The notes beneath the pieces are model-generated. The model was given only the letters and a program-made list of their open reading frames with translations. It was not told the DNA's origin and ran no database searches. Position numbers and translations under genes: made by a program. Shown here piece after piece: positions 1 through 8,841 of a stretch of DNA of 18,395 nucleotides. Position 1 is the stretch's first letter, and every line of letters starts with the position of its first letter. The stretch comes from Cyanobacteria bacterium J06626_4 (GTDB lineage Bacteria; Cyanobacteriota; Cyanobacteriia; Phormidesmidales; Phormidesmidaceae), in the NCBI GenBank assembly GCA_038523235.1, contig JBCBJQ010000114.1, positions 1 through 18,395 of the forward strand, given 5' to 3'.

Positions 1-211
1 ATCAAACTTGCTTTTTAATCAGTAAATATACGCAAAACTAATATAATGATTTCAAGAAAAATACATTATTCAGGGTTCTTACGTACTTAAGTCACTTTAC
101 GGGATATCCCTTGATTCCTCAGAAACCTGAGTGATTATCCCCGAATCCCCACGCAGACTCAGTGGGTATCGAAATTTTAATAGGTTTAGTCTCAGGAACT
201 TTGTAAGAATA

Positions 212-225
212 GTATTATTTAATAC
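212..225. promoter_or_regulatory. GTA-N8-TAC palindrome (NtcA-box-like)
   Basis: GTATTATTTAATAC fits GTA-N8-TAC in an AT-rich intergenic stretch. No TAN3T -10 box at the canonical ~22 nt spacing on either strand. Confidence 0.3.
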
Positions 226-389
226 GTTGTTATCTATAGGGCTTCCGGACGAGACACATATATTTTGGAGGATATGCGGACTTTTTGAACAGCAGAGCTC
301 AAAAGTCTAGTGAAATATGAAGGCTAGAAATCCCGGTGATTCCAGTGCCTAGCAACAGAGTGATTCCATTGAGAGTGTTCCAAAAAATT

Positions 390-409
390 GTCAATCAGGC
401 CTGATTGAC
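390..409. repeat. Perfect 20-bp palindrome
   Basis: GTCAATCAGG|CCTGATTGAC, with no spacer. Confidence 0.9.
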
Positions 410-1024
410 GCCAGCCTGGTGAAGGGATAATCCTTACCTTGCTTTGCCCATCTCAGTGACAGCGAAAACAGCTAATCGCCCCCTGATGGACAAATGCGTC
501 CCCATCTCTATGGGGGTATTTGACCCTGTTGCTCACTTGCAACGGGCTCTCGTTCAATGTGTGAAACTGCGCTGCACCCATACGAGAAAATCGGGGCTAC
601 AGACATCTGTTTGGTTTTACTCCGGGCGTTACTGCATTAAGAGATAAACCTTGCTGGAATTTGAATCTGGGGAACAGTCAGTCGGACTGTTCCCCATTTT
701 TGTCGACTACTCAGCGAAGCTGATTCGCACCGGTGGCAGATCGCGCATCCCTCAGCCAAAGCCTAGGAGACACAAATGGTCGGTAAAGTCGTCTCTCAGT
801 TCTGAAAGCATTGCCCTAAGCGGCGTTTCCTATCCTGTCAGAATCAGGTTATTCTCTTAATCAATCAAGGCTGGGGGCAGTTCTTAGGGCTGTCGTCGCG
901 TGTGCCTGCCAGAGGTGCGGCCAGCGGGGGACTCGTCTATAGATCACACCAGCCGACCGTTTTGTCCGATCGCCGGGCCCTCCGACTTTTAGGTCTAGTC
1001 AATTTTCAGGATTAATGTAGCCCG

Positions 1025-1435
1025 ATGATGCAGCACGAAATTCCAACCCTCGACCGCCAAGGCTTGAGAAGATTTGGCTTACTCACTGGGGCGATTATTG
1101 CTGTCCTCTTTGGGCTGCTGCTGCCCTGGCTGCGGGGGCACAGCTTTTCGCAATGGGCGCTGTTGATCGCGGCCATTCTGGCGGTGTGGGCGATCGCGGC
1201 CCCCTCAACGTTAAATCCGGTTTATCGCGTTTGGATGCGCATTGGCTTAGTGCTTGGCTTCATTAATACCCGCATTACTTTAGGGGTCATTTTTTATGCG
1301 TTAATGTGGCCGATGGGGATGATGATGCGATGGGTTGGCTACGATCCCCTTCATCGGCAGCGGTTAGCCAACGCCGAAACCTATCGCACGGCGAGCCAAG
1401 CCCGCCTCAAAAAAAGCATGGAGAATCCCTATTAA
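1025..1435 (+). CDS. SxtJ-family membrane protein
   Basis: 136 aa with LRRFGL, hydrophobic segments, 'P..L.PVYRVWMRIG..LG.INTRI.LGVIFY...P.G...R..G.DPL' and a C-terminal MENPY, as I recall for SxtJ-like proteins. Translationally coupled to the next gene (TAATG). Confidence 0.85.
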   Translation: MMQHEIPTLDRQGLRRFGLLTGAIIAVLFGLLLPWLRGHSFSQWALLIAAILAVWAIAAPSTLNPVYRVWMRIGLVLGFINTRITLGVIFYALMWPMGMMMRWVGYDPLHRQRLANAETYRTASQARLKKSMENPY

Positions 1436-1599
1436 TGTTTGAAACCGCGATCGATTTCCTCAAAGATCTCTGGGGCTTTTTACGAGAGCGCAAAAAGTAT
1501 TGGCTCGCACCGTTGATTATCACCCTCGTGCTCATTGGGGTGTTAATCGTCTTTACCCAGGGGTCTGCGATCGCGCCATTTATCTATACACTGTTTTAG
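1435..1599 (+). CDS. SxtK-like / DUF5989 small membrane protein (54 aa)
   Basis: ATG at 1435 overlaps the upstream TAA. Sequence MFETAIDFLKDLWGFLRERKKYWLAPLIITLVLIGVLIVFTQGSAIAPFIYTLF has the RKK.WL.P and APFIYTLF family motifs. The ORF-track extension to 1306 overlaps the upstream gene and is not used. Confidence 0.9.
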   Translation: MFETAIDFLKDLWGFLRERKKYWLAPLIITLVLIGVLIVFTQGSAIAPFIYTLF

Positions 1600-1643
1600 C
1601 GCTGCCCAGATTTGAGCAGTGATGACGTGTTAAGGAGCCCGGT

Positions 1644-2813
1644 ATGAAATCAGGCTGGTTAAAGCTGTTGTTCATTAACATGGGCTTGACGCTGGGAATC
1701 CTCTTTGGCCTTAACTTTTTGATCGCCCTGGTGGACTTTGTGGTCTCGATGGCTGATGCGGCCTTGAGTGGGACTGCCGGTGTGGAAGTTGATCCTCGGG
1801 CCAGCCTCCGCAATTACTCAGACAACCCCGATCTGGCGCTACAGCATTTTCAAGAATTTGAAGCCCTTGAAACGGAATATCAGTCTTTTGTGGCCTGGTC
1901 GCGCCAGCCCTTTGCAGGACCAACCATCACCATTAACGAGGTGGGAGATCGCGTTCACACGGGCGCTCCTGCAGTCACGCAGTCAGACTCCGACGTGTAT
2001 TTCTTTGGCGGGTCAACGGTCTGGGGCACCGGCGTTTTGGATGATCAAACCATTCCGGCTTACTTTCAAGACCTCTCTCAATTAGCTACCACCAACAAAG
2101 GGGAAACTGCCTATGTGAGTCGGCAATCCCTCAACAGTTTCATCAATTTATTGGCCAGCAATCCCAACCTTGACACAGTCGTGTTTTACGAAGGGGTGAA
2201 TGATGTGCAATATCACTGTCGGGCTGATATTGGCGCCTTTGATCATGCGCGCACGACTCGGTTTCAGCAGGCGATCGCGGCCGATTCTGAGGAGACAGCT
2301 GACCGACTGCTATCACCAACGGCCAAGTTTTTGTCCTACTTAGACGTCCTATTTTTGCGAGAAATTAGGCGCGTTGCGGTGGATATCGGTGAAGCGTTTG
2401 CCCCCGAGCGTGAGGCTGAAAGAATTGACAAATCATTAATCTGTGATGATTCCCCCGAGCTGGCCGAGCAAGTCGCCCAAAGCCTGCTGCTGCACTGGGA
2501 AACCGCTCATCAAATTGCCCAAGCCAGAGGGGTGCAGTTAATTGCCGTCTTACAACCCGTCTCCTACCTTGATGATTCGCCGGTCGATCATCTTGAACTC
2601 GATGCCGAACTCGGCAAGCAGTACGAGGCCGTCTATCCGATTGTGCAGCAACTAATCGCAGTATCAGACCAACCCTGGATTTGGGACTACACAGACGTTT
2701 TTGACTCTCAGGAATATGTCTATATTGACTTCTGCCATCTGTCTGGCAACGGCAATCGGCTCGTAGCAGAAAGACTCCACCGCGATTTACAGCAGTTTGT
2801 GCCGCCCTCTTAA
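1644..2813 (+). CDS. Membrane-anchored SGNH/GDSL-fold hydrolase or acyltransferase
   Basis: AAGGAG RBS at 1632-1637; N-terminal TM anchor; block I FFGGSTVWG, block III YEGVND, block V DFCHLSGNGN, so the Ser/Asp/His triad is intact. Confidence 0.85.
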   Translation: MKSGWLKLLFINMGLTLGILFGLNFLIALVDFVVSMADAALSGTAGVEVDPRASLRNYSDNPDLALQHFQEFEALETEYQSFVAWSRQPFAGPTITINEVGDRVHTGAPAVTQSDSDVYFFGGSTVWGTGVLDDQTIPAYFQDLSQLATTNKGETAYVSRQSLNSFINLLASNPNLDTVVFYEGVNDVQYHCRADIGAFDHARTTRFQQAIAADSEETADRLLSPTAKFLSYLDVLFLREIRRVAVDIGEAFAPEREAERIDKSLICDDSPELAEQVAQSLLLHWETAHQIAQARGVQLIAVLQPVSYLDDSPVDHLELDAELGKQYEAVYPIVQQLIAVSDQPWIWDYTDVFDSQEYVYIDFCHLSGNGNRLVAERLHRDLQQFVPPS

Positions 2814-2837
2814 ATGAGTCCGCTATTCTAGAATGCC

Positions 2838-3929
2838 CTAGTCGAACAGCTCACACTGGCCGTGATGGCGGAGTAGATGGTCGCAGAGCACGAGTGCCAC
2901 CATGGCTTCCATCATGGGGACGGCGCGAGGCAGCACGCAGGGGTCGTGACGACCTTTGGCGGCGAGTACGGTCTCTTCTCCGGCATTCGTCACGGTGTTT
3001 TGCTCCTTACGAATGGTGGCAGTCGGTTTAAATGCGGCGCGAATGACAATGTTTTCGCCATTGCTGATGCCGCCTTGGGTGCCGCCCGACCGATTGGTGC
3101 GAGTGCGCCAGTTCCCTTCGTCGTCGGTATAAAATTCGTCGTTATGCTGACTGCCGGTTAACAGCGTGCCCGCAAAGCCAGACCCCAGTTCAAAGCCTTT
3201 GCTCGCCGGCAGCGACATCACACCCTTGGCGAGGTCGGCTTCCAACTTGTCGAACACCGGTGCGCCTAACCCCTTGGGAACATTACGGGCGACGCATTCC
3301 ACCACGCCGCCGATGGAGTCGCCCTGATCGCGAATCGCTTCGATGCGATCAATCATGCGCTGGGCCGCTTCTGGCTCGGGACAACGCACAATATTGCTCT
3401 CGACTTGCGCCAGGGTGACCGAATCGGGTTCAACCACACATTCAATATCCTGAATGCGTTTGACGTAACCAATGATTTCAACGCCAGCGTATTGCTTGAG
3501 AATCTTTTTGGCGATCGCCCCAGCCGCCACGCGACCAATGGTTTCTCGCGCCGATGAGCGACCGCCCCCCTGGTAATTGCGAAAGCCATATTTGCTGTCA
3601 TAGGTGGCATCGGCATGGGAGGGCCGATAGGTGGTCGCCATCTCACTGTAATCTTGCGGGCGAGTATCTTTGTTGCGCACCCAAATGGCAATCGGTGTTC
3701 CAAGCGTTTTGCCCTGAAAGACACCGGACATAATTTCGCACCGGTCCGCTTCTTTGCGCGGAGTGGTGATTTTGCTTTGGCCCGGACGGCGGCGATCAAG
3801 TTCCACCTGAATTTCGTCAACGGAAATTTCAATTTGTGGCGGGCAGCCATCAATCACCACCCCAACGGCGCCGCCGTGGGATTCGCCAAAGGTGGTAATG
3901 CGAAACAGATGACCAAACGTGTTACCCAT
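2838..3929 (-). CDS. aroC: Chorismate synthase
   Basis: [19 protein letters not shown] start, [24 protein letters not shown] and [13 protein letters not shown] signatures. Start set at ATG 3929 rather than 4082. Confidence 0.98.
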   Translation of the reverse strand: MGNTFGHLFRITTFGESHGGAVGVVIDGCPPQIEISVDEIQVELDRRRPGQSKITTPRKEADRCEIMSGVFQGKTLGTPIAIWVRNKDTRPQDYSEMATTYRPSHADATYDSKYGFRNYQGGGRSSARETIGRVAAGAIAKKILKQYAGVEIIGYVKRIQDIECVVEPDSVTLAQVESNIVRCPEPEAAQRMIDRIEAIRDQGDSIGGVVECVARNVPKGLGAPVFDKLEADLAKGVMSLPASKGFELGSGFAGTLLTGSQHNDEFYTDDEGNWRTRTNRSGGTQGGISNGENIVIRAAFKPTATIRKEQNTVTNAGEETVLAAKGRHDPCVLPRAVPMMEAMVALVLCDHLLRHHGQCELFD

Positions 3930-4024
3930 AAAAGCCTGAAGTGCAGCGGTATTTTCCCATCCTAGTACAGCGTGATGGCAGTTGGGATGTGGCAGCCGCC
4001 ACTGGTCAGAATGGCTCAGAGAAG

Positions 4025-4855
4025 TTAGTTCCGCCGTGCTTGCCGCCAGGCTTTCAAAGCTAAATAGCCGTGCAAAATCCACTGTTCCCAGCGGGGGCGA
4101 TGCTTGCAGTAGTAGTAGCGCTGGCTGCGACGATATTCGGCCGCCATCGGGCCGGCGGCCTGCGCCACCGAGTAGCCGCCGATATGAATCACCGTCACGG
4201 CAGGCGTGTAGAGGATTTTGTAACCCAATGCTCTGACCCGCTGACAGAGGTCTGATTCCTCGAAGTACATAAAGAAAGCTTCGTCAAACCCGCCGACCTG
4301 CTCAAACAGCGATCGCCGCATCAGCATCGCTGCGCCCACAACAATATCCACAACTTGATCGTGGTCATACTGGGCCGCGAGGGCAGAGCGGTTAGCGGGA
4401 ATACGATACTGCTTGACCTGCTGCAGGGTACGCCACTCGCCCCATAGGCCAATTTCATGGGCGATCGAGAGTTGAAAGCTGCCGTCGGGGTTGAGCAATC
4501 GCGGCCCGACTATCCCCACTTGGGCATCTGACGTGAGTTGGGCCACCAGCGTTGGCAAAATGTTCCCAGTCACAAGCGTATCGGAGTTGAGCAGCAGCAG
4601 ATATTCGCCTCGCGCCTGCCTCGCGCCAACATTGTTAGCGGTGCCAAAACCACAGTTTTTCGACTGCCGTAGTAGGTTGACCTGGGGAAACTTCTGGGCA
4701 ATCAGTTCAGGACTGCCGTCTTGAGAGTCGTTATCCACCACGATGACTTCGATCGCCGTCGGGGATAGGTGGCAAAAAATCGAGGCGAGACAGTCAACAA
4801 TGACCCCGAAGCCGTTGTAGTTGACAATGATGATCGAGACCTGGGGCTGACTCAT
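4025..4855 (-). CDS. Glycosyltransferase family 2 (WbbL/rhamnosyltransferase-like)
   Basis: [33 protein letters not shown] and [17 protein letters not shown] motifs. Confidence 0.92.
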   Translation of the reverse strand: MSQPQVSIIIVNYNGFGVIVDCLASIFCHLSPTAIEVIVVDNDSQDGSPELIAQKFPQVNLLRQSKNCGFGTANNVGARQARGEYLLLLNSDTLVTGNILPTLVAQLTSDAQVGIVGPRLLNPDGSFQLSIAHEIGLWGEWRTLQQVKQYRIPANRSALAAQYDHDQVVDIVVGAAMLMRRSLFEQVGGFDEAFFMYFEESDLCQRVRALGYKILYTPAVTVIHIGGYSVAQAAGPMAAEYRRSQRYYYCKHRPRWEQWILHGYLALKAWRQARRN

Positions 4856-5877
4856 TGAGCGCGCGAGTTAGTAAAAGCCTGAACACAAGTCCGTTTAACC
4901 CTTTGCAGATCAAAAATGAACTTGTTGAGCCAGAGCCTCAGCGTAATGCCTTGGGAACCGTAGCCCGTGCGATAGCTGCGCCAGCCCAGTTGGAGAATAG
5001 CCGCGCCAAAGTCGAGGCGCTGTTCGGCAAAGGGGTTGAGCGGTTGGGCAACAGCGGAGGGATAAAACCGTTGAAAAAAGGCGGTGCTCAAGTCACGGTG
5101 AATGCAATAGCTTTTGAGGGTCAACCGGCCTTTTTTGGCCAGCCACAGCACCAGCTCTTTGCGAATGGTGCCTGCATACTGTTCGGCCCCAATCACATTG
5201 CGACCATGCTGCCGATACTGCATCAAGGGCTCGCGCAGATGCACGATGGTGCCCTGCTGGGCGGCGACTAGGGCGATCCAGTGGTCGTGATACCAGTGGT
5301 CCGTCTGCCCCTGCGGGGGAAAGGGCAAGATGTGAGCGATGAGCGATCGCCGCAGCAGCATCGTGCAGCCGGTCACCGTATTGCGCAGCAGCAGCAGTTC
5401 GGGCGTCAACTGCTCGGGCTGGCGCTGTTCGTACTGCCAGACGGAATCATGAAGTGGGTTGCCATCCGTATCAATGAGCCCCAAATCAGAATGAACGAGT
5501 AGCGCATCGTGGGCTTCTATTGCCGCTAGCAGCTTACTAAGTTTATTGGCATGCCAAACATCGTCCTGATCGGCAAAGGCCAGATGGGTGATGGTCGGGT
5601 CTGAGTCGAAATATTGCACCCCGTATTCAAAGTTGTGATACGAGCCTAGATTTTGGGATTGCTCATGGTAGATAAAGCGCGCATCGTCTTCAACCACGGT
5701 GGCGATATACTGCCTAATCTCAGGCGTAGAGCCATCATCGGTGACCAGACACAGCCAATCAGCAAAGTCCTGATGCTTGATGGAATCAACTTGAGCGGCA
5801 AAGTGGGCGCGATCGCAATTGTAGGTGGCTAACACAATTCCCACGCGAAAGGGCTGATGGCTGTGAGAGCTAGACAT
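4852..5877 (-). CDS. Glycosyltransferase family 2 (rhamnosyltransferase-like)
   Basis: LATYN, TDDGST, FADQDDVW..NKL, N.VTGCTM, HDHW and YRQHG.NVIG motifs; 4-bp ATGA overlap with the downstream GT2. Confidence 0.92.
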   Translation of the reverse strand: MSSSHSHQPFRVGIVLATYNCDRAHFAAQVDSIKHQDFADWLCLVTDDGSTPEIRQYIATVVEDDARFIYHEQSQNLGSYHNFEYGVQYFDSDPTITHLAFADQDDVWHANKLSKLLAAIEAHDALLVHSDLGLIDTDGNPLHDSVWQYEQRQPEQLTPELLLLRNTVTGCTMLLRRSLIAHILPFPPQGQTDHWYHDHWIALVAAQQGTIVHLREPLMQYRQHGRNVIGAEQYAGTIRKELVLWLAKKGRLTLKSYCIHRDLSTAFFQRFYPSAVAQPLNPFAEQRLDFGAAILQLGWRSYRTGYGSQGITLRLWLNKFIFDLQRVKRTCVQAFTNSRAQ

Positions 5878-5898
5878 CGCGGCGCGTTTGCCCTGAAG

Positions 5899-7611
5899 TT
5901 AATAGTGGGTGCCGGTTTTGCGGTGGTGTACCGCCGTTTTGGCATCGGGCAGCAAGACTTCGCCCTCGCTGATGGTGGCATAAACAATCCAGTGGTCACC
6001 GCATTCCATCCGATTAGCCACTTCGCACTCTAAGTAGGCGATCGCATCCTGCAAGACAGGACAGCCATTTTCACCCGGTTTCGTTTCGACCCCCTCAAAA
6101 CGATCTTCCCCCGGCCCAAAGGGCTTGAGGAAATGCTTCATCGGCCCGAGATGCTGCCCTTCGGGCAAAATGTTGAGCACAAAGTCACTGCCCGGATAAA
6201 GCAGGGACTCGATCGCGCGGTCTTTCGCGACGGCTACGGTAAAGCCGGGCGGTGTAAACGTGACCTGCGACACCCACGACGCCAGCATGGCGCTACTGGC
6301 ATCGCCCTTGCGCGTGGTGACCACACAGAGCGACCCCACGATTCGACCCACGGCCTGCTCTACCGAGGTCGCGGGGGTGCGCGGGGCTTTGGCCCGTTTG
6401 ACCTTTTTCAGGGCTTGAGCGTAGTCAGTGCCGACTTCTTCGCAGTATTGCAGGGTTGACTCAGTGGGCTTGAACTTGACTCGAATGGGATCAAAGGCCA
6501 GGCTGTAGCCGCCATCTTTGAGCTTGTTTTCTAGCAGGTCAATCGCTTCACCGCTCCAGCCAAAGGAGCCAAAGACCCCCGCCAGCTGGGTTTTAGAAGC
6601 CGTCGAGAGAATGATGCCCAACGCCGTCTGAATCTGCGTCGGCGCATGGCCGCCTAAGGTCGGTGAGCCAATTAAAAAGCCTGCCGATTTTTCAATCGCT
6701 GACTTGATGTCGTCAGGGTCGGCTTGCTCGGCGTTGATCGATTCGACTGCGACCCCGGCTTTGGTAATCCCCCGCGCCAGGGTTTGCGCGATCGTGGCCG
6801 TGTTGCCATAGGCCGAGGCATACACCAGTGCGACCGACAGGGCTTTGCCCTTTTGCTGCTGGCTCCAATCTTGATAAGCCTGTAGCAGTTCGTGGGTGTG
6901 ATAGCGCACCACCGGCCCATGCACGGGAGCAAACATGCGGATATTCAGGCCCCTGAGTTTGTCTAAGGCGACGCCGACCTGCCGACTGTTGGGGGCCATC
7001 AAACAGTCAAAATAGTAGCGCCGGTCTTCTAACAGGGCGGACCAGTTAAGGTCATACACAGCATTGTCACAGCGATGCAGACCAAAAAATTTGTTGCTAA
7101 AGAGCACCTGCGTGTACTCGTCATAGGTCCACAGCCCTTCGGGCCAGCGCGGGGTGGGAACGGGCAAAAAGCGCAAGCGATGGCCCTGGCCCAAGTCAAT
7201 TTCCGCTTCCCCCCCTTTGACGACCTGAATTTTGGGCGACGCGCCTTCCAGCAGATCTTCTAATGCTTTAGCCGCTGGGTTTGAGCACACCAGAGTAACG
7301 TCTGGTGCTTTATCGAGCAGGACTTTGAGCGTCGCGACCCGGTTCGGGTTGATGTGCCCCAGCACGATGTAATCCAACGCGGCCGGATCAATTTGTTGCG
7401 CCAGTGTAGTGATGAAGCGATCAGTAAACGACTGGCCGGGAAAGTCCAGCAGTGCCGCGCGATCGCCCCGAATCAGATAGCTGTTAGAGGTGGTGCCCCG
7501 CTCCAGAGCGTACTCAATCTCAAACCGCAGGCGTTCCCAACTGCGCGATCGCATCACTTCGGTATCGGCCGCGATCGTCAGAGTTTGCACATCACGCGAT
7601 TGAGGAGTCAT
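5899..7611 (-). CDS. flv1: Cyanobacterial flavodiiron protein, Flv1-type (diflavin flavoprotein)
   Basis: Beta-lactamase-like, flavodoxin (YASAYGNT, GSPTLGG, GSFGWSGEA) and flavin reductase (GDHW, HHRKTG.HY) domains. Non-canonical metal motif GHINPNR / PTPRWP / NKFFG typical of the Flv1/Flv2 group. ATG 7611 preferred over TTG 7635. Confidence 0.88.
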   Translation of the reverse strand: MTPQSRDVQTLTIAADTEVMRSRSWERLRFEIEYALERGTTSNSYLIRGDRAALLDFPGQSFTDRFITTLAQQIDPAALDYIVLGHINPNRVATLKVLLDKAPDVTLVCSNPAAKALEDLLEGASPKIQVVKGGEAEIDLGQGHRLRFLPVPTPRWPEGLWTYDEYTQVLFSNKFFGLHRCDNAVYDLNWSALLEDRRYYFDCLMAPNSRQVGVALDKLRGLNIRMFAPVHGPVVRYHTHELLQAYQDWSQQQKGKALSVALVYASAYGNTATIAQTLARGITKAGVAVESINAEQADPDDIKSAIEKSAGFLIGSPTLGGHAPTQIQTALGIILSTASKTQLAGVFGSFGWSGEAIDLLENKLKDGGYSLAFDPIRVKFKPTESTLQYCEEVGTDYAQALKKVKRAKAPRTPATSVEQAVGRIVGSLCVVTTRKGDASSAMLASWVSQVTFTPPGFTVAVAKDRAIESLLYPGSDFVLNILPEGQHLGPMKHFLKPFGPGEDRFEGVETKPGENGCPVLQDAIAYLECEVANRMECGDHWIVYATISEGEVLLPDAKTAVHHRKTGTHY

Positions 7612-7810
7612 GGTCTTAAAGGGTTCCAGTGTCAAAATATGAGCGGGAGCAGGCTGTTTCCATCATAGAGTTTGAGGAGGGCAGTCTGTAGATGCTCGTT
7701 GGGCAGCCATCGGTTGATCAGGGCTGGCACTAGCAGATCGAACAGACCATCCTGGCAAACCGGCGGCGATCGCGCCCCCGCCCTCGGCCCCAGCGGTCTG
7801 CGATCAGGGA

Positions 7811-8368
7811 TTACTCACAATCGCGACTGGCGATCGTGCCGTCGGGCATCACCGTGTCACAGAATAACGCCATGCTCCGATTCACCCCTCGTAAGTTGGC
7901 GTCCTTCAGATTAGCCCCTTTTAAGTTAGCCGTTCCCAGCTTGGCCGATACCAGCACTGCCCCTTCGAGATCGGCCCCAGACAAATCAGCATCCAGTAAG
8001 TTGGCTTGAGACAGCTCCGCTTTGGTCAGGTCAGCACCGGAAAAGTTGGCTTTGGATAACTGCGCTCCATTGAGGTTAGCCCCGTGCAGCGTGGCCCCAC
8101 TCAGATTAATGCCATCCATAAACGCCAAAATCAAGTTGGCATTGCTCAGGTCAGCCCCGCTGAGGTTGGCATCGGTGAGGGTAGCAATCTTGAGGTTTGA
8201 GCCTCGCAGGTCACGTCCACTTAAATCAGCTTCATCGAGAATGCAGACCGGACATTCTTTAGTGTCTAGCAGCAAATCCACGTCTGACTGAATTGCGGCC
8301 CAACTCGGTTGAGACAACCCTAACCACAACAGCACGGTGAGACAGGGGACAAGGAAGAAGTGTTTCAT
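7811..8368 (-). CDS. Exported pentapeptide repeat protein
   Basis: Signal peptide MKHFFLVPCLTVLLWLGLSQPSWA, C-P-V-C, tandem A(D/N)LxG repeats, C-terminal FCDTVMPDG. Start at ATG 8368. Confidence 0.92.
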   Translation of the reverse strand: MKHFFLVPCLTVLLWLGLSQPSWAAIQSDVDLLLDTKECPVCILDEADLSGRDLRGSNLKIATLTDANLSGADLSNANLILAFMDGINLSGATLHGANLNGAQLSKANFSGADLTKAELSQANLLDADLSGADLEGAVLVSAKLGTANLKGANLKDANLRGVNRSMALFCDTVMPDGTIASRDCE

Positions 8369-8841
8369 GCCAACTTTTACTGGATTGCAATAACGATTAC
8401 ATTGTCCCACCCAGACGAAACATCTGATACAGTTCTGCCAGATATTGGCCAACCCTTTGGGTTTGGGTGCGTTTTTTGCCCTCATTTGACGCCTCGTGAA
8501 CGAACAGAGTTCACCTGATCGCACTTGAGGGATGAGAGCGATCGCAGCGACTAAGCCGGTTTTCGACGAGTAACTTGCCCAATACCCATCGCAGTCAAAG
8601 CAATTCTCTCGGTCGTGAACTTTTTGCCGATCAGTGCGTCAATGCCTTTTATCCTCGTCTTAGTCTTGGACAGGATTTACGCAATAGAATCGCGCCTGGG
8701 TGCCCCTGCCGCCAAGTTTGGGGGAGGTCAGATGCCAAGCCCCCTATATTTAGGAGGCTCAAGGGGCCGATACGTAAGTCTTAGATGGGACTGACCGCAG
8801 GATTCTGCAACCGAGTTTCGAATATTGTTGGGAGGCTACCG

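Noticed and set aside
470..530. Minus-strand GGTCAAATA-stem-GGGACGCA resembling a c-di-GMP-I riboswitch
   Set aside because: It lacks the GGCAAA, the GNRA tetraloop, the GACGCAAA ending and the P3 consensus; the similarity is superficial.
444..860. Short ORFs 444-647 and 651-860 as genes or carbamoyltransferase remnants
   Set aside because: TTG starts, no RBS, no recognisable motifs and no resemblance to a NodU/CmcH C-terminus.
1306..1434. N-terminal extension of the SxtK-like ORF
   Set aside because: It overlaps the sxtJ-like gene in another frame; the TAATG coupling at 1433-1437 gives the family-typical length.
1025..2813. Saxitoxin biosynthesis cluster
   Set aside because: Only sxtJ/K-like genes and an SGNH gene are present, and these occur widely outside toxin clusters. 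No sxtA, sxtG, sxtI or other core genes are in the window.
2877..7668. Many antisense or alternate-frame ORFs over aroC, the GT2 genes and flv1 (e.g. 3353-3853, 4855-5271, 6133-6459)
   Set aside because: Shadow ORFs of GC-rich coding sequence with no motifs of their own.
7900..8230. 15-bp periodic repeats as a CRISPR or DNA repeat array
   Set aside because: Fully explained by pentapeptide-repeat coding; there are no unique spacers or identical repeats.
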